A stretch of DNA of 32,000 nt, taken from the NCBI RefSeq assembly GCF_000012925.1, contig NC_007517.1, positions 1,560,001-1,592,000 of the forward strand. Direction: 5' to 3'. Under the pieces are notes generated by a model, which made no database searches, was not told the origin of the DNA, and saw only the letters and a list, made by a program, of their open reading frames with translations. Of the stretch, positions 18,140 to 27,025 are shown piece by piece. The stretch comes from Geobacter metallireducens GS-15. GTDB taxonomy: Bacteria; Desulfobacterota; Desulfuromonadia; Geobacterales; Geobacteraceae. A program made the position numbers and the translations under genes. Each line of letters starts with the position of its first letter. Position 1 is the stretch's first letter.

Positions 18140-19243
18140 ATGAACCTTCGACTGATTAAAGCTGCGGATGCCATTCTCGGACGGGTAGCGACAGTCTTGC
18201 TTCCGGCGCCGGTTGTTGGTTGCTATGGGACTTCAATCCGATCGGTCCTTTTTATTCGTCCCGGTGGGATTGGAGATGCTGTGCTCCTGATCCCAGCGAT
18301 TCTTTCCTTCAGGAACAAGTATCCTAAAGCACGGATAACGGTTCTTGCTGAGAAGAGAAATGGTGCGGTTTTTACTCTATGTTCAGTTATCGATGAGATT
18401 TTGCTCTACGACAATAATGGCGAACTGTTTATGGCACTTCGCGGCAGCTACGATGCGGTAATAGATACCGAGCAGTGGCATCGGTTGTCGGCCGTAGTGG
18501 CGCGTATGACTTGGGCGCAGATTTTGATAGGTTTCGGCACAAATGTGCGTTCTCGTCTTTTTACGCATCAGCTTGACTATGAGCAGAGTGATTACGAAGA
18601 GACTAGTTTTTTGCGTCTTTTGACCTCGCTTGGAATTGCCGTAACGCAAACCTCTGTGCCGTTTCTGACGGTTCCTACTCCTGCGGCGTCTGTTGCTGAG
18701 GTGCTTCTTGGTGAACTTGCTGACAGAACCTTTGTTGTGATTTTTCCTGGAGCCAGTATTCCGGAACGTCGGTGGGGGGCGGATAAGTTTCGGCAGGTTG
18801 CGAAACGGTTATCAGCCAAAGGTGTCAGTGGGGTAGTTGTCGGGGGGGAGGATGACAGGGGGGAGGGGGAGCGCATTGTCGCTGATACCGGATGGCTGAA
18901 TCTGATGGGGGAGACGTCGTTACAGGAAACTACGGCAATCATCGAAAGAAGCTCCCTCCTCGTCAGCGGCGATTCCGGCATCCTCCACATCGCCGTAGGC
19001 CTCGGCATTCCCACGGTCTCCCTCTTTGGTCCGGGGAGGGAAAAGAAATGGGCGCCCCGTGGCGACAATCATATTGTCATCAACAAGCATCTCCCCTGTT
19101 CTCCTTGCACCACCTTCGGCTATACGCCAAAATGTCCCATTAACGCTCGCTGCATGGCGGAAATATCCGTTGACGAGGTTGAGCAAGCGGTATTGACGCT
19201 TCTGGACCGGAAAAATTTTGACAAGCACCAACAAAAACCTTGA
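18140..19243 (+). CDS. Glycosyltransferase family 9 (heptosyltransferase-like)
   Basis: GT9 hallmarks are present: IRPGGIGDAVLLIPAILSFRNKYPKARITVLAEK, PGASIPERRW and GDSGILHIAVGLGIPTVSLFGP. Base composition switches from AT-rich to GC-rich inside the gene. Confidence 0.85.
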   Translation: MNLRLIKAADAILGRVATVLLPAPVVGCYGTSIRSVLFIRPGGIGDAVLLIPAILSFRNKYPKARITVLAEKRNGAVFTLCSVIDEILLYDNNGELFMALRGSYDAVIDTEQWHRLSAVVARMTWAQILIGFGTNVRSRLFTHQLDYEQSDYEETSFLRLLTSLGIAVTQTSVPFLTVPTPAASVAEVLLGELADRTFVVIFPGASIPERRWGADKFRQVAKRLSAKGVSGVVVGGEDDRGEGERIVADTGWLNLMGETSLQETTAIIERSSLLVSGDSGILHIAVGLGIPTVSLFGPGREKKWAPRGDNHIVINKHLPCSPCTTFGYTPKCPINARCMAEISVDEVEQAVLTLLDRKNFDKHQQKP

Positions 19244-19268
19244 CTTCTCCTGGAGTAGTTGGTATCTA
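19240..19268 (+). promoter_or_regulatory. Sigma70-type promoter for tRNA-Val
   Basis: The -35 TTGACT (19240-19245) overlaps the GT9 stop. A 17-nt spacer follows. The extended -10 is TGgTATCTA, with the hexamer at 19263-19268, about 20 nt upstream of the tRNA. Confidence 0.5.
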
Positions 19269-19287
19269 GAGAATCCGTTTTGCTTGT

Positions 19288-19362
19288 AGGCGCGTAGCTC
19301 AGGGGGAGAGCGCTACCTTGACACGGTAGAGGTCGGCGGTTCGAGACCGCCCGCGCCTACCA
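19288..19362 (+). tRNA. tRNA-Val (anticodon GAC)
   Basis: A 75-nt cloverleaf was folded by hand. The acceptor stem is aggcgcg/cgcgcct, the D stem is gctc/gagc, the anticodon stem is ctacc/ggtag with loop ttGACac, and the T arm is ggcgg-ttcgaga-ccgcc. CCA is encoded. Confidence 0.92.
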
Positions 19363-19392
19363 TTCAAAGAACTCGCAGCTAGGGCTGTGGAA

Positions 19393-19415
19393 GGGGCATC
19401 GAAGTTCGATGCCTC
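19393..19415 (+). promoter_or_regulatory. Stem-loop between tRNA-Val and thrS (terminator or thrS leader operator)
   Basis: The sequence is ggggcatcg-aagtt-cgatgcctc, followed by ttcgtgtt. It ends 9 nt before the thrS SD (aaggggg). Confidence 0.5.
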
Positions 19416-19435
19416 TTCGTGTTAAGGGGGCAGCG

Positions 19436-21346
19436 ATGGGTGACATCAAGGTTGCACTGCCGGATGGTTCGGAAAGGGTTCTTGCCGAGGGGGCAACGGT
19501 GCGCGATCTGGCCGCCTCTATCGGCGCTGGGCTTGCAAAGGCCGCCATTGCCGGCAAAATCAACGGTGTTGCCGTCGATCTGACGGCGCCTCTTGTGGAT
19601 GGCGTCAAGGTCGAGATCATAACCGAGAAGTCCCCTGAGGCCCTGGAGATTATCCGCCACTCCACCTCCCACCTCATGGCCCAGGCGGTCAAGGAGCTTT
19701 TCCCGCAGGCGAAGGTCACCATCGGACCCGCTGTCGAGAATGGTTTTTATTACGACTTTGATGTCGATCATGCCTTTACTCCCGAAGACCTTGAAAAAAT
19801 AGAGACCCGAATGAGGGAGCTCGCCAAGTCTGACCTTAAGCTGGAGCGTCAGGTTCTCTCTAAGGATGAGGCTATCAAGCTCTTCCGGGATATGGGGGAG
19901 AACTACAAGGTCGAGTTGATTGAGGCCATTGGCGATAATACTGTATCTCTCTATCGTCAGGGGGATTTCGTCGATCTTTGTCGCGGCCCCCATCTCCCAT
20001 CAACGGCCAACTGTCGTGCTTTCAAGCTTACTTCTCTTGCAGGCGCCTACTGGCGCGGCGACGAGAAGAATAAAATGCTCCAGCGGGTCTACGGAACCGC
20101 CTTTGCCGACAAGAAGGAACTCGATGCATATCTGGAGAGGATCGAAGAGGCCAAGCGCCGCGACCATCGCAAGCTGGGCAGGGAGCTCGATCTTTTCTCG
20201 TTTTCCGATGAGGTTGGGGCGGGGTTTGTAATCTGGCATCCTAACGGAGCCATGCTGCGGACCATTCTTGAAGATTTCGAGCGCAAGGAGCACCTGAAGC
20301 GCGGTTACGACATCGTTGTGGGGCCACAGATACTTAAGACTGATCTTTGGCAGCGTTCAGGCCACTACGATAACTACCGCGAAAACATGTATTTCACCGA
20401 AGTGGAGGAGCAGAGCTTCGGCATCAAGCCGATGAACTGTCTCAGTCACATGATGATATACAAGTCGCATCTGCGCAGTTATCGGGATCTGCCGCTCCGC
20501 TTCTTTGAACTCGGCACCGTGCACCGCCATGAGCGGGCCGGCGTCCTCCACGGGCTTCTGCGTGTTCGTTGCTTTACTCAGGACGATGCCCATATCCTCT
20601 GTACCCCGGAACAGCTCGATGACGAGATCAAGGGTGTCATTTCCTTTGTCAACGATGTCATGGGTATTTTCGGGTTCGAGTTCGAGATGGAACTCTCCAC
20701 CCGGCCAGAAAAGTCCATCGGTTCCGATGAGGATTGGGAGCGGGCTACCAATGCGCTTCTCGGGGCGCTGAAGGATTCCGGACGTCCCTACGAGATTAAT
20801 GAGGGGGACGGTGCATTTTATGGGCCGAAGATCGATATCAAACTGCGCGATTCTCTTGACAGAAGGTGGCAGTGTGCTACAATCCAGTGCGATTTTACGC
20901 TTCCTGAGCGGTTTGATTTAACCTATGTCGACGCAGATGGTGAAAGGAAGCGCCCTGTGATGGTTCACCGGGTGATTCTTGGTTCCATCGAGCGCTTCAT
21001 AGGTGTTCTTATTGAACATTTTGCTGGTAATTTCCCCGTGTGGCTCTCGCCGGTTCAGGCAATCGTGATGACCGTCACGGACAATCAGCAGTCCTATGCC
21101 GCCCAGGTTTTCGAGGCGCTTCGCTCGAGCGGGATTCGGGTGCGGAAGGACTTCCGCAACGAAAAACTCGGGTTCAAGATCCGCGAAGCGCAGCTCCAGA
21201 AGATTCCGTACATGCTCGTCATTGGCGACAAGGAAGTGGAGTCCGGGACGGTGACTCCGCGGTTCCGTGATGGTTCGAACCTCGCGGCCATGAAGCCCGA
21301 GGAGTTTGTTGTGTTCATTAACGAAGACGTCAAGCGCTTCAAATAG
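19436..21346 (+). CDS. thrS: Threonyl-tRNA synthetase
   Basis: The N-terminal TGS domain begins [12 protein letters not shown]. The editing domain has [11 protein letters not shown]. The class II core has FHRHE-type motif 2 ([10 protein letters not shown]) and the anticodon-binding domain follows. The ATG at 19436 has a G-rich SD. The ORF-track ATG at 19409 lies inside the hairpin. Confidence 0.95.
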   Translation: MGDIKVALPDGSERVLAEGATVRDLAASIGAGLAKAAIAGKINGVAVDLTAPLVDGVKVEIITEKSPEALEIIRHSTSHLMAQAVKELFPQAKVTIGPAVENGFYYDFDVDHAFTPEDLEKIETRMRELAKSDLKLERQVLSKDEAIKLFRDMGENYKVELIEAIGDNTVSLYRQGDFVDLCRGPHLPSTANCRAFKLTSLAGAYWRGDEKNKMLQRVYGTAFADKKELDAYLERIEEAKRRDHRKLGRELDLFSFSDEVGAGFVIWHPNGAMLRTILEDFERKEHLKRGYDIVVGPQILKTDLWQRSGHYDNYRENMYFTEVEEQSFGIKPMNCLSHMMIYKSHLRSYRDLPLRFFELGTVHRHERAGVLHGLLRVRCFTQDDAHILCTPEQLDDEIKGVISFVNDVMGIFGFEFEMELSTRPEKSIGSDEDWERATNALLGALKDSGRPYEINEGDGAFYGPKIDIKLRDSLDRRWQCATIQCDFTLPERFDLTYVDADGERKRPVMVHRVILGSIERFIGVLIEHFAGNFPVWLSPVQAIVMTVTDNQQSYAAQVFEALRSSGIRVRKDFRNEKLGFKIREAQLQKIPYMLVIGDKEVESGTVTPRFRDGSNLAAMKPEEFVVFINEDVKRFK

Positions 21347-21357
21347 GAGGTGGCGCC

Positions 21358-21876
21358 ATAGCCAAGCCGACCGTAAATGTAAACCAAGCTATCAGAGCCC
21401 GTGAGATACGGGTTGTTGGAGCCAATAGCGAGCAGCTTGGTATTATGCCATTAAATGAGGCTCTCGCACTTGCGGAGAGTCAGCAGCTTGATCTTGTCGA
21501 GGTTTCTCCCACGGCCGTTCCTCCTGTCTGCCGGATCATGGACTATGGTAAGTTCAAGTATCAGCAGAGCAAGAAGCTGCAGGAAGCCAAGAAGAAGCAA
21601 TCACACGTCGTGGTTAAGGAAGTAAAGCTTCGCCCCAAGACCGATGAGCATGATCTCCAGTTCAAGATCAAACACGTGCGTCGCTTCATCGAAGAGGGGA
21701 ACAAGGCAAAGGTGACTCTCGTATTTCGTGGCCGTGAAATTACGCATATGGAATTCGGGGTTCGCGCCCTTGAGCGGGTTGCCAGTGAGATTGAAGATAT
21801 CGCTGTCATCGAGATGAAGCCGAAGATGGAAGGGCGGAGTATGTTCATGATAGTCGCCCCCAAAGTAAAAAAATAG
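21358..21876 (+). CDS. infC: Translation initiation factor IF-3, with non-canonical ATA start
   Basis: The conserved IF3 N-terminus (AKPTVNVNQAIRAREIRVVGANSEQLGIMPLNEAL) is in frame upstream of the first ATG at 21445. AGGAGG (21345-21350) lies 7 nt before ATA 21358. No in-frame ATG, GTG or TTG lies between the SD and that conserved region. Confidence 0.85.
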   Translation: MAKPTVNVNQAIRAREIRVVGANSEQLGIMPLNEALALAESQQLDLVEVSPTAVPPVCRIMDYGKFKYQQSKKLQEAKKKQSHVVVKEVKLRPKTDEHDLQFKIKHVRRFIEEGNKAKVTLVFRGREITHMEFGVRALERVASEIEDIAVIEMKPKMEGRSMFMIVAPKVKK

Positions 21877-21909
21877 ATTTTGTTACACTTATAGAAAAGG
21901 AGAAAAGTA

Positions 21910-22107
21910 ATGCCCAAGATCAAGACAAACCGTGGCGCAGCCAAGCGTTTCAGGAAGACTGCCAGCGGTAAAATCAAGAGAAATAGCGCTTTTACCAGCC
22001 ATATTCTTACGTCGAAGACCCGCAAGCGCAAGCGTCAGCTCCGTTCGAGCTCCATCGTTGCTGCTGTCGATCAGAAGAATATCGCCAGATTGATCCCCTA
22101 TAAGTAA
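21910..22107 (+). CDS. rpmI: 50S ribosomal protein L35
   Basis: The N-terminus is [24 protein letters not shown]. The protein is 65 aa and basic. Synteny is infC-rpmI-rplT. Confidence 0.95.
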   Translation: MPKIKTNRGAAKRFRKTASGKIKRNSAFTSHILTSKTRKRKRQLRSSSIVAAVDQKNIARLIPYK

Positions 22108-22259
22108 AAACTGGGCCAGGAGCCATGGCTGATATCGGGCCGGAGTTATTCGTTGGTTCGTGTAGCTGTCTCCTGTATCCGTTTTTATAAGTCCGTGAAC
22201 CGTGAGGAAGCGCCTCCCCTTGCGGATCCGGCAAAATTCATCAGTAAAAGGAGTAGGTA

Positions 22260-22613
22260 ATGCCAAGGGTAAAAAGAGGTTTCAAAGCGAGACGCAGAAG
22301 AAACAAGGTGCTCAAACTCGCCAAGGGATACCGGGGCGCACGGAGCAAGTTGTTCCGGAGCGCGACCGAGGCCGTGGATCGCGCACTTAACTACGCTTTT
22401 AGGGACCGCAAAGTCAAGAAGCGTGATTTCCGTGCTCTCTGGATCACCCGGATCAACGCGGCTTCCCGTCTCAATGGGCTTTCGTACAGCAAGCTCATCC
22501 ATGGGCTGAAAAAAGCGAGCGTCGAGATTGACCGCAAGGTGCTTGCGGATCTGGCCGTGTCGGATCCCCAAGGCTTCTCCGAGATCGCTTCTGTCGCCAA
22601 AACACAGATTTAG
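22260..22613 (+). CDS. rplT: 50S ribosomal protein L20
   Basis: The N-terminus is [33 protein letters not shown]. The SD AAGGAG is present. Confidence 0.95.
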   Translation: MPRVKRGFKARRRRNKVLKLAKGYRGARSKLFRSATEAVDRALNYAFRDRKVKKRDFRALWITRINAASRLNGLSYSKLIHGLKKASVEIDRKVLADLAVSDPQGFSEIASVAKTQI

Positions 22614-22631
22614 TGGAAATTTCAGCCGGAT

Positions 22632-22672
22632 AAAAAAAGAAATGGGATGCTCAGCGTTCCATTTCTTTTTTT
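22632..22672 (+). terminator. Rho-independent terminator after rplT
   Basis: An A-run, then the stem agaaatgggatgc-tca-gcgttccatttct, then T7. It is potentially bidirectional. Confidence 0.8.
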
Positions 22673-22688
22673 GTAAAGGGTTCCCGTT

Positions 22689-23705
22689 ATGAAAGAACAA
22701 CTCGACGGACTTCTTCAGTCCGCCCTTAAAGAGATTGATGGGGCTGGGAGCGAAGAGGCTCTCCAGGAGCTGCGGATAAAATATCTTGGCAAGAAGGGCG
22801 CCTTGACAGCCGTCATGAAGGGACTTGGTGCTCTCTCCGCCGAAGAGCGGCCTGTGGTGGGACAATTGGCCAATACGGTTAAAGACCAACTCGAGGCACA
22901 CCTTGATGAGACTCTTGCCCAGGTACGCGACGCCAGCAAGCGCGAGCGGCTTCAGCGCGAGCGTCTTGATGTCACGCTGCCAGGTCGAAGGCTCCCCCAT
23001 GGCACGAAACACCCCATTACGCTGGTCATCGAGGAGATATCGGAGATTTTTGCCGGTCTCGGTTTCCGGGTGGCCGAGGGGCCTGAGGTTGAACTCGATT
23101 TCTATAATTTTGAAGCCCTCAACTTCCCCAAGGACCACCCCGCCAGGGATATGCAGGACACGTTCTTCGTGGATGATTCCATCCTGCTGAGAACCCATAC
23201 GTCGCCGGTTCAGGTGCGAACTATGCTCAAACATGCTCCGCCGGTGAGGATCATTTCTCCGGGGACGGTTTATCGCTGCGACTCCGATGCGACCCATTCC
23301 CCCATGTTCCACCAGATCGAGGGATTGATGGTCGATACTGGCGTGACCTTCGGTGATCTCAAGGGGATTCTGACTAACTTCGTGAATCAGTATTTCGGCA
23401 AGGGAATAGGGGTCCGTTTGCGGCCGAGCTTTTTCCCCTTCACGGAGCCCAGCGCCGAGGTCGACATTGCCTGCGTTATGTGCAAGGGGAAAGGCTGTCG
23501 CGTCTGCAAAGAGAGCGGATGGCTGGAGATTCTCGGCGCCGGCATGATCGATCCCGAGGTGTACCGTCATGTGGGGTATGACCCGGAAACCATTTCCGGT
23601 TTCGCTTTCGGCATGGGGGTTGAGCGGGTCGCCATGCTCAAGTACGGCATCGGTGATCTGCGTCTTTTCTTTGATAACGATGTCCGTTTCCTGCAGCAAT
23701 TCTGA
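22689..23705 (+). CDS. pheS: Phenylalanyl-tRNA synthetase alpha subunit
   Basis: The N-terminal coiled coil is present. The class II motifs are [29 protein letters not shown]-like and [18 protein letters not shown]. Confidence 0.95.
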   Translation: MKEQLDGLLQSALKEIDGAGSEEALQELRIKYLGKKGALTAVMKGLGALSAEERPVVGQLANTVKDQLEAHLDETLAQVRDASKRERLQRERLDVTLPGRRLPHGTKHPITLVIEEISEIFAGLGFRVAEGPEVELDFYNFEALNFPKDHPARDMQDTFFVDDSILLRTHTSPVQVRTMLKHAPPVRIISPGTVYRCDSDATHSPMFHQIEGLMVDTGVTFGDLKGILTNFVNQYFGKGIGVRLRPSFFPFTEPSAEVDIACVMCKGKGCRVCKESGWLEILGAGMIDPEVYRHVGYDPETISGFAFGMGVERVAMLKYGIGDLRLFFDNDVRFLQQF

Positions 23706-23775
23706 AATTACAGTGCATCGGGATTATTCGTTCCAGGTAGAGCAATACTGATTATGTCCCGGATAGGGTGAGAAT

Positions 23776-26181
23776 ATGATCGTTACGTACAACTGGCTCA
23801 AGGAATTCGTTGATTTCGACCTTTCGCCGCAGGAGCTTTCGGATCTTCTGACCATGCTTGGTCTCGAAGTGGAAGGAGTTCGCCATGTTGGGGGCGGACT
23901 TGATGAGGTCGTCGTTGCCGTTGTGGAGGAGAGGTCCCAGCATCCCAACGCGGATAAACTTTCCCTCTGCAGGGTGAACAACGGTAAAGAGACGCTTGCC
24001 ATCGTGTGTGGCGCCCAGAACTTCAAGGCCGGAGATAAAGTTGCCCTGGCCCAGATAGGTGCAGTTCTGCCGGGCGATTTCAAAATCAAGCGTTCCAAGA
24101 TCAGGGGCGAGGAGTCCTGCGGGATGCTTTGCTCCGAGAAGGAACTTGGTCTGGCCGCTGAGTCCGAGGGGATCATCATTCTTCCGACAGACCTTCCCCT
24201 TGGCGTTCCGGTATTTGATGCCCTTGGCCTCAAAGATACCATATTCGAGATTGGACTAACGCCTAACAGAGCTGATTGTCTGAGCGTTGTGGGTATTGCT
24301 CGTGAGATTGCCGCGAAGCTCGGCACCACCGTCAAGTATGCCCGTCCCTCGGTGAAGGAATCTGTCGTCCCTATCAGTGAGCGCGCTCAGGTGATTGTGG
24401 AAGACTCCGATCTGTGCCCGCGCTATACGGCCCGTTACATTGCCGGCTGCTCCATCGGGCCGTCACCGGCGTGGCTTGTAAGGCGCCTTGAGGCAGTGGG
24501 AATGCGTTCCATCAATAATGTGGTGGATGTCACCAACTATGTCCTCATGGAGTACGGCCATCCCCTCCACGCGTTCGATGCCGATCTCCTTGCCGGCGGT
24601 AAGATTGTTGTGCGTCGTGCCGCAGCAGGGGAGCGCTTCACCACCCTTGACGGCCAGGAGCGTGTTCTGACGGAGTCCGACCTGACGATTCGGGACGGCG
24701 AGAAAGGGGTTGCCCTGGCCGGGATCATGGGGGGAGAGAACTCGGAGATTCGTCAGGAGACCTCCAACATCCTTCTGGAGAGCGCTTATTTCAATCCGTC
24801 TGCGATCCGTAGAACCTCGAAGCGTCTCGGTCTCCACACAGAGTCATCCCACCGTTTCGAGCGCGGTGCTGATGTCGACATCCTTGTTACGGCCCTTGAC
24901 CGTGCCGCCTCGTTGATTGCTGAGCTTGCGGGGGGGAGAGTTGCCACGGGGACCATTGATGTCTATCCCCGTCCTTTGCCCCGCCGCACCGTCAGGTTTC
25001 GCGTCGACCAGTGCAACAGGTTGCTGGGCATTCAGTTAACTGCCGATGAGATGGCAGCTATCTTTAATCGCCTTGAGTTTAAAGTTAACGTGGTTGAACC
25101 GGAGCTCTTTGACATCGACGTTCCCTCCTGCCGGGTCGATATCGAGCGGGAGATCGATCTTGTTGAGGAGGTGGCACGGCTTAACGGCTATAACAACATT
25201 CCGGTCACCATGCCCAAGGCCCGGGTCTTTTCCGACCGTCCCACACGCCACCAGCGCCTCGAAAAACAGCTGAGGAATGTCATGGTGGGGCAAGGCTTCA
25301 GCGAGGTGATCACCTTTAGCTTCATGGCTCCCGGGATACTTGACAAGCTTCTCTTGGCCCATGACGACCCCAGGCGCTCCGTTGTGCGGTTGCGCAACCC
25401 CCTTGTGGAAGAGCAGTCGGTGATGCGCACGACGCTTCTTCCCGGACTTCTCGATGTAGCTGCAAGAAACATCAATTATCGCATGCTCACGCTTCGGCTC
25501 TTTGAGTTGCGGCGCGTCTATCTGCCGGCCGAGGGGCAGGAGTTGCCCCGGGAGCCCCTCCACCTTGCAGGAATCATGACCGGCGTTCGCTATCGTGAGG
25601 GGTGGAATCAGGAGCGGCATCAGGTTGATTTCTATGACGTAAAGGGTGTTATCGAACATATCCTTGACGAGTTTGCCATCGGATCTGTTGTGTTTGTCCA
25701 GGATCGTCTCGATCCTTATTTTCACCCGGGCAAGGCATGCTCGATCCTCTGTGGCAACGAACTGCTCGGCTCGTTTGGTGAGCTCCATCCCGATATTCAT
25801 GACAATTTCGGCATTGATCAGTCCGTCTACTATCTTGACCTCGATTTTGAGAAGCTCGCTATGGTGAGTTCGGACAACGTTGCCATTAAGCCGCCCTCCC
25901 GGTTCCCTGATACGTTCCGCGACATTGCCATGCTTATCAAAGATGAAACTCCGGCATCGACGATCGTGGAGTGCATCAGTGGACTGAGAATACGTGAGGT
26001 GGAATGCGCCGAGATATTTGACCACTATAAGGGATCTCATGTTCCTGAGGGATTCAAGAGCATTGCGGTTAGAATCAGGTACCGTTCCCATGAAAGAACA
26101 CTTGTCGACAACGAGGTTACACCGCTGCATCAACGTATTGTCGATACTCTGGTTAAAAAGTTAGCGGTCACGATACGTTAA
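23776..26181 (+). CDS. pheT: Phenylalanyl-tRNA synthetase beta subunit
   Basis: The 801-aa protein begins MIVTYNWLKEFVDF. It has the tRNA-binding (EMAP-like) domain, B3/4, B5 and the C-terminal FDX-ACB domain. It follows pheS. Confidence 0.95.
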   Translation: MIVTYNWLKEFVDFDLSPQELSDLLTMLGLEVEGVRHVGGGLDEVVVAVVEERSQHPNADKLSLCRVNNGKETLAIVCGAQNFKAGDKVALAQIGAVLPGDFKIKRSKIRGEESCGMLCSEKELGLAAESEGIIILPTDLPLGVPVFDALGLKDTIFEIGLTPNRADCLSVVGIAREIAAKLGTTVKYARPSVKESVVPISERAQVIVEDSDLCPRYTARYIAGCSIGPSPAWLVRRLEAVGMRSINNVVDVTNYVLMEYGHPLHAFDADLLAGGKIVVRRAAAGERFTTLDGQERVLTESDLTIRDGEKGVALAGIMGGENSEIRQETSNILLESAYFNPSAIRRTSKRLGLHTESSHRFERGADVDILVTALDRAASLIAELAGGRVATGTIDVYPRPLPRRTVRFRVDQCNRLLGIQLTADEMAAIFNRLEFKVNVVEPELFDIDVPSCRVDIEREIDLVEEVARLNGYNNIPVTMPKARVFSDRPTRHQRLEKQLRNVMVGQGFSEVITFSFMAPGILDKLLLAHDDPRRSVVRLRNPLVEEQSVMRTTLLPGLLDVAARNINYRMLTLRLFELRRVYLPAEGQELPREPLHLAGIMTGVRYREGWNQERHQVDFYDVKGVIEHILDEFAIGSVVFVQDRLDPYFHPGKACSILCGNELLGSFGELHPDIHDNFGIDQSVYYLDLDFEKLAMVSSDNVAIKPPSRFPDTFRDIAMLIKDETPASTIVECISGLRIREVECAEIFDHYKGSHVPEGFKSIAVRIRYRSHERTLVDNEVTPLHQRIVDTLVKKLAVTIR

Positions 26182-26188
26182 AAACAGG

Positions 26189-26217
26189 TTGATTATCTGG
26201 AACTGCTGTGTTATAAA
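26189..26217 (+). promoter_or_regulatory. Sigma70-type promoter upstream of ihfA
   Basis: TTGATT (26189-26194), a 17-nt spacer, then TATAAA (26212-26217). Confidence 0.45.
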
Positions 26218-26275
26218 TCCTGTCGCCTTCGGTGGACGCGATATATTTGATAACGTATTGATTTTGAGGGAGTAT

Positions 26276-26551
26276 ATGACCAAGGCAGATATTGTCGAGC
26301 AGATCTACGAGAAGGTGGGTTTTTCAAAAAAAGAATCCGCTGAACTTGTTGAGCGGGTCTTTGGTCTGATCAAAGAAACCCTTGAAAATGGTGAAAAGAT
26401 AAAGATCGCCGGTTTCGGTAACTTTGTCGTGAAGGAAAAAGCTGACCGGCGTGGCCGCAATCCCCAGACAGGCGATGAGATTATCATTTCCGCCCGCAGG
26501 ATTCTCACGTTCAAGCCCAGTCAGGTTCTCAAGTCCTCGATCAATTCCTGA
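26276..26551 (+). CDS. ihfA: Integration host factor alpha subunit (HU/IHF family)
   Basis: The sequence MTKADIVEQIYEKVGFSKKESAELVE...GFGNFVVKEKADRRGRNPQTGDEIIISARRILTFKPS is IHF-like. The ATG at 26276 has GAGGGAG upstream. It occupies the classical position after pheT. Confidence 0.88.
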   Translation: MTKADIVEQIYEKVGFSKKESAELVERVFGLIKETLENGEKIKIAGFGNFVVKEKADRRGRNPQTGDEIIISARRILTFKPSQVLKSSINS

Positions 26552-26573
26552 GAGGTTCTTCCCAGGAGGGAAG

Positions 26574-26924
26574 GTGGAAGCGAAGCTTCCTGATAAACAG
26601 TATTTTAGGATCGGTGAGGTTGCGCGATTGACAGCGCTCAAGACCTCAGTGCTCCGGTTCTGGGAGACTGAGTTCAAGGATTTGAGCCCGCCCAAGAGCA
26701 GAACCGGTCAACGTCTTTACAGTAGGCAGGATATTGGGCTCCTCTTGGAGATAAAGCGCCTGCTCTATGTTGAGAAACTTACCATAGAAGGTGCTCGCAA
26801 GAAGCTGAAGACAACATCAAGAAGTGGCGAAACAATACTGACTGAATCAAATGATGTACATAGGCTGTTAAGTTTAGTGAAGGAAGTGCGGGACGAGTTG
26901 GAAACAATTCGCCTTATGTTGTAG
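26574..26924 (+). CDS. MerR-family transcriptional regulator
   Basis: The HTH is YFRIGEVARLTALKTSVLRFWETEF...GQRLYSRQDI, followed by a C-terminal coiled coil. The start is probably GTG 26574, 3-4 nt after AGGAGGG. The ORF-track start at 26451 overlaps ihfA and is unlikely. Confidence 0.75.
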   Translation: MEAKLPDKQYFRIGEVARLTALKTSVLRFWETEFKDLSPPKSRTGQRLYSRQDIGLLLEIKRLLYVEKLTIEGARKKLKTTSRSGETILTESNDVHRLLSLVKEVRDELETIRLML

Positions 26925-26937
26925 TAGTAACAGATAT

Positions 26938-27014
26938 CGGGGCGTAGCGCAGCCTGGTAGCGCACCAGACTGGGGGTCTGGTGGTCGCTGGTTCGAATCC
27001 AGTCGCCCCGACCA
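26938..27014 (+). tRNA. tRNA-Pro (anticodon GGG)
   Basis: A 77-nt cloverleaf. The acceptor stem is cggggcg/cgccccg, the anticodon stem is ccaga/tctgg with loop ctGGGgg, and the T arm is gctgg-ttcgaat-ccagt. CCA is encoded. Confidence 0.92.
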
Positions 27015-27025
27015 TTTTCACCGTA

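Noticed and set aside
22185-23699. 504-aa ORF on the minus strand, antisense to rplT and pheS
   Set aside because: It is the longest antisense ORF in the window. However, it overlaps two universally conserved genes plus their terminator, has no recognisable domain, and is explained by stop-codon depletion in GC-rich antisense frames.
25036-26133. 365-aa ORF on the minus strand, antisense to pheT
   Set aside because: It is a shadow ORF inside a conserved aminoacyl-tRNA synthetase gene with no independent signals. The ORFs at 19379-19993 (antisense to thrS) and 28621-29160 (antisense to rpoS) are rejected for the same reason.
26189-26275. N-terminal extension of ihfA (track start 26189), and the 26451 start for the MerR gene
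   Set aside because: IHF-family proteins are about 90-100 aa and the conserved sequence starts at MTKADIV (26276). The 26451 start would overlap ihfA by 100 nt in another frame.
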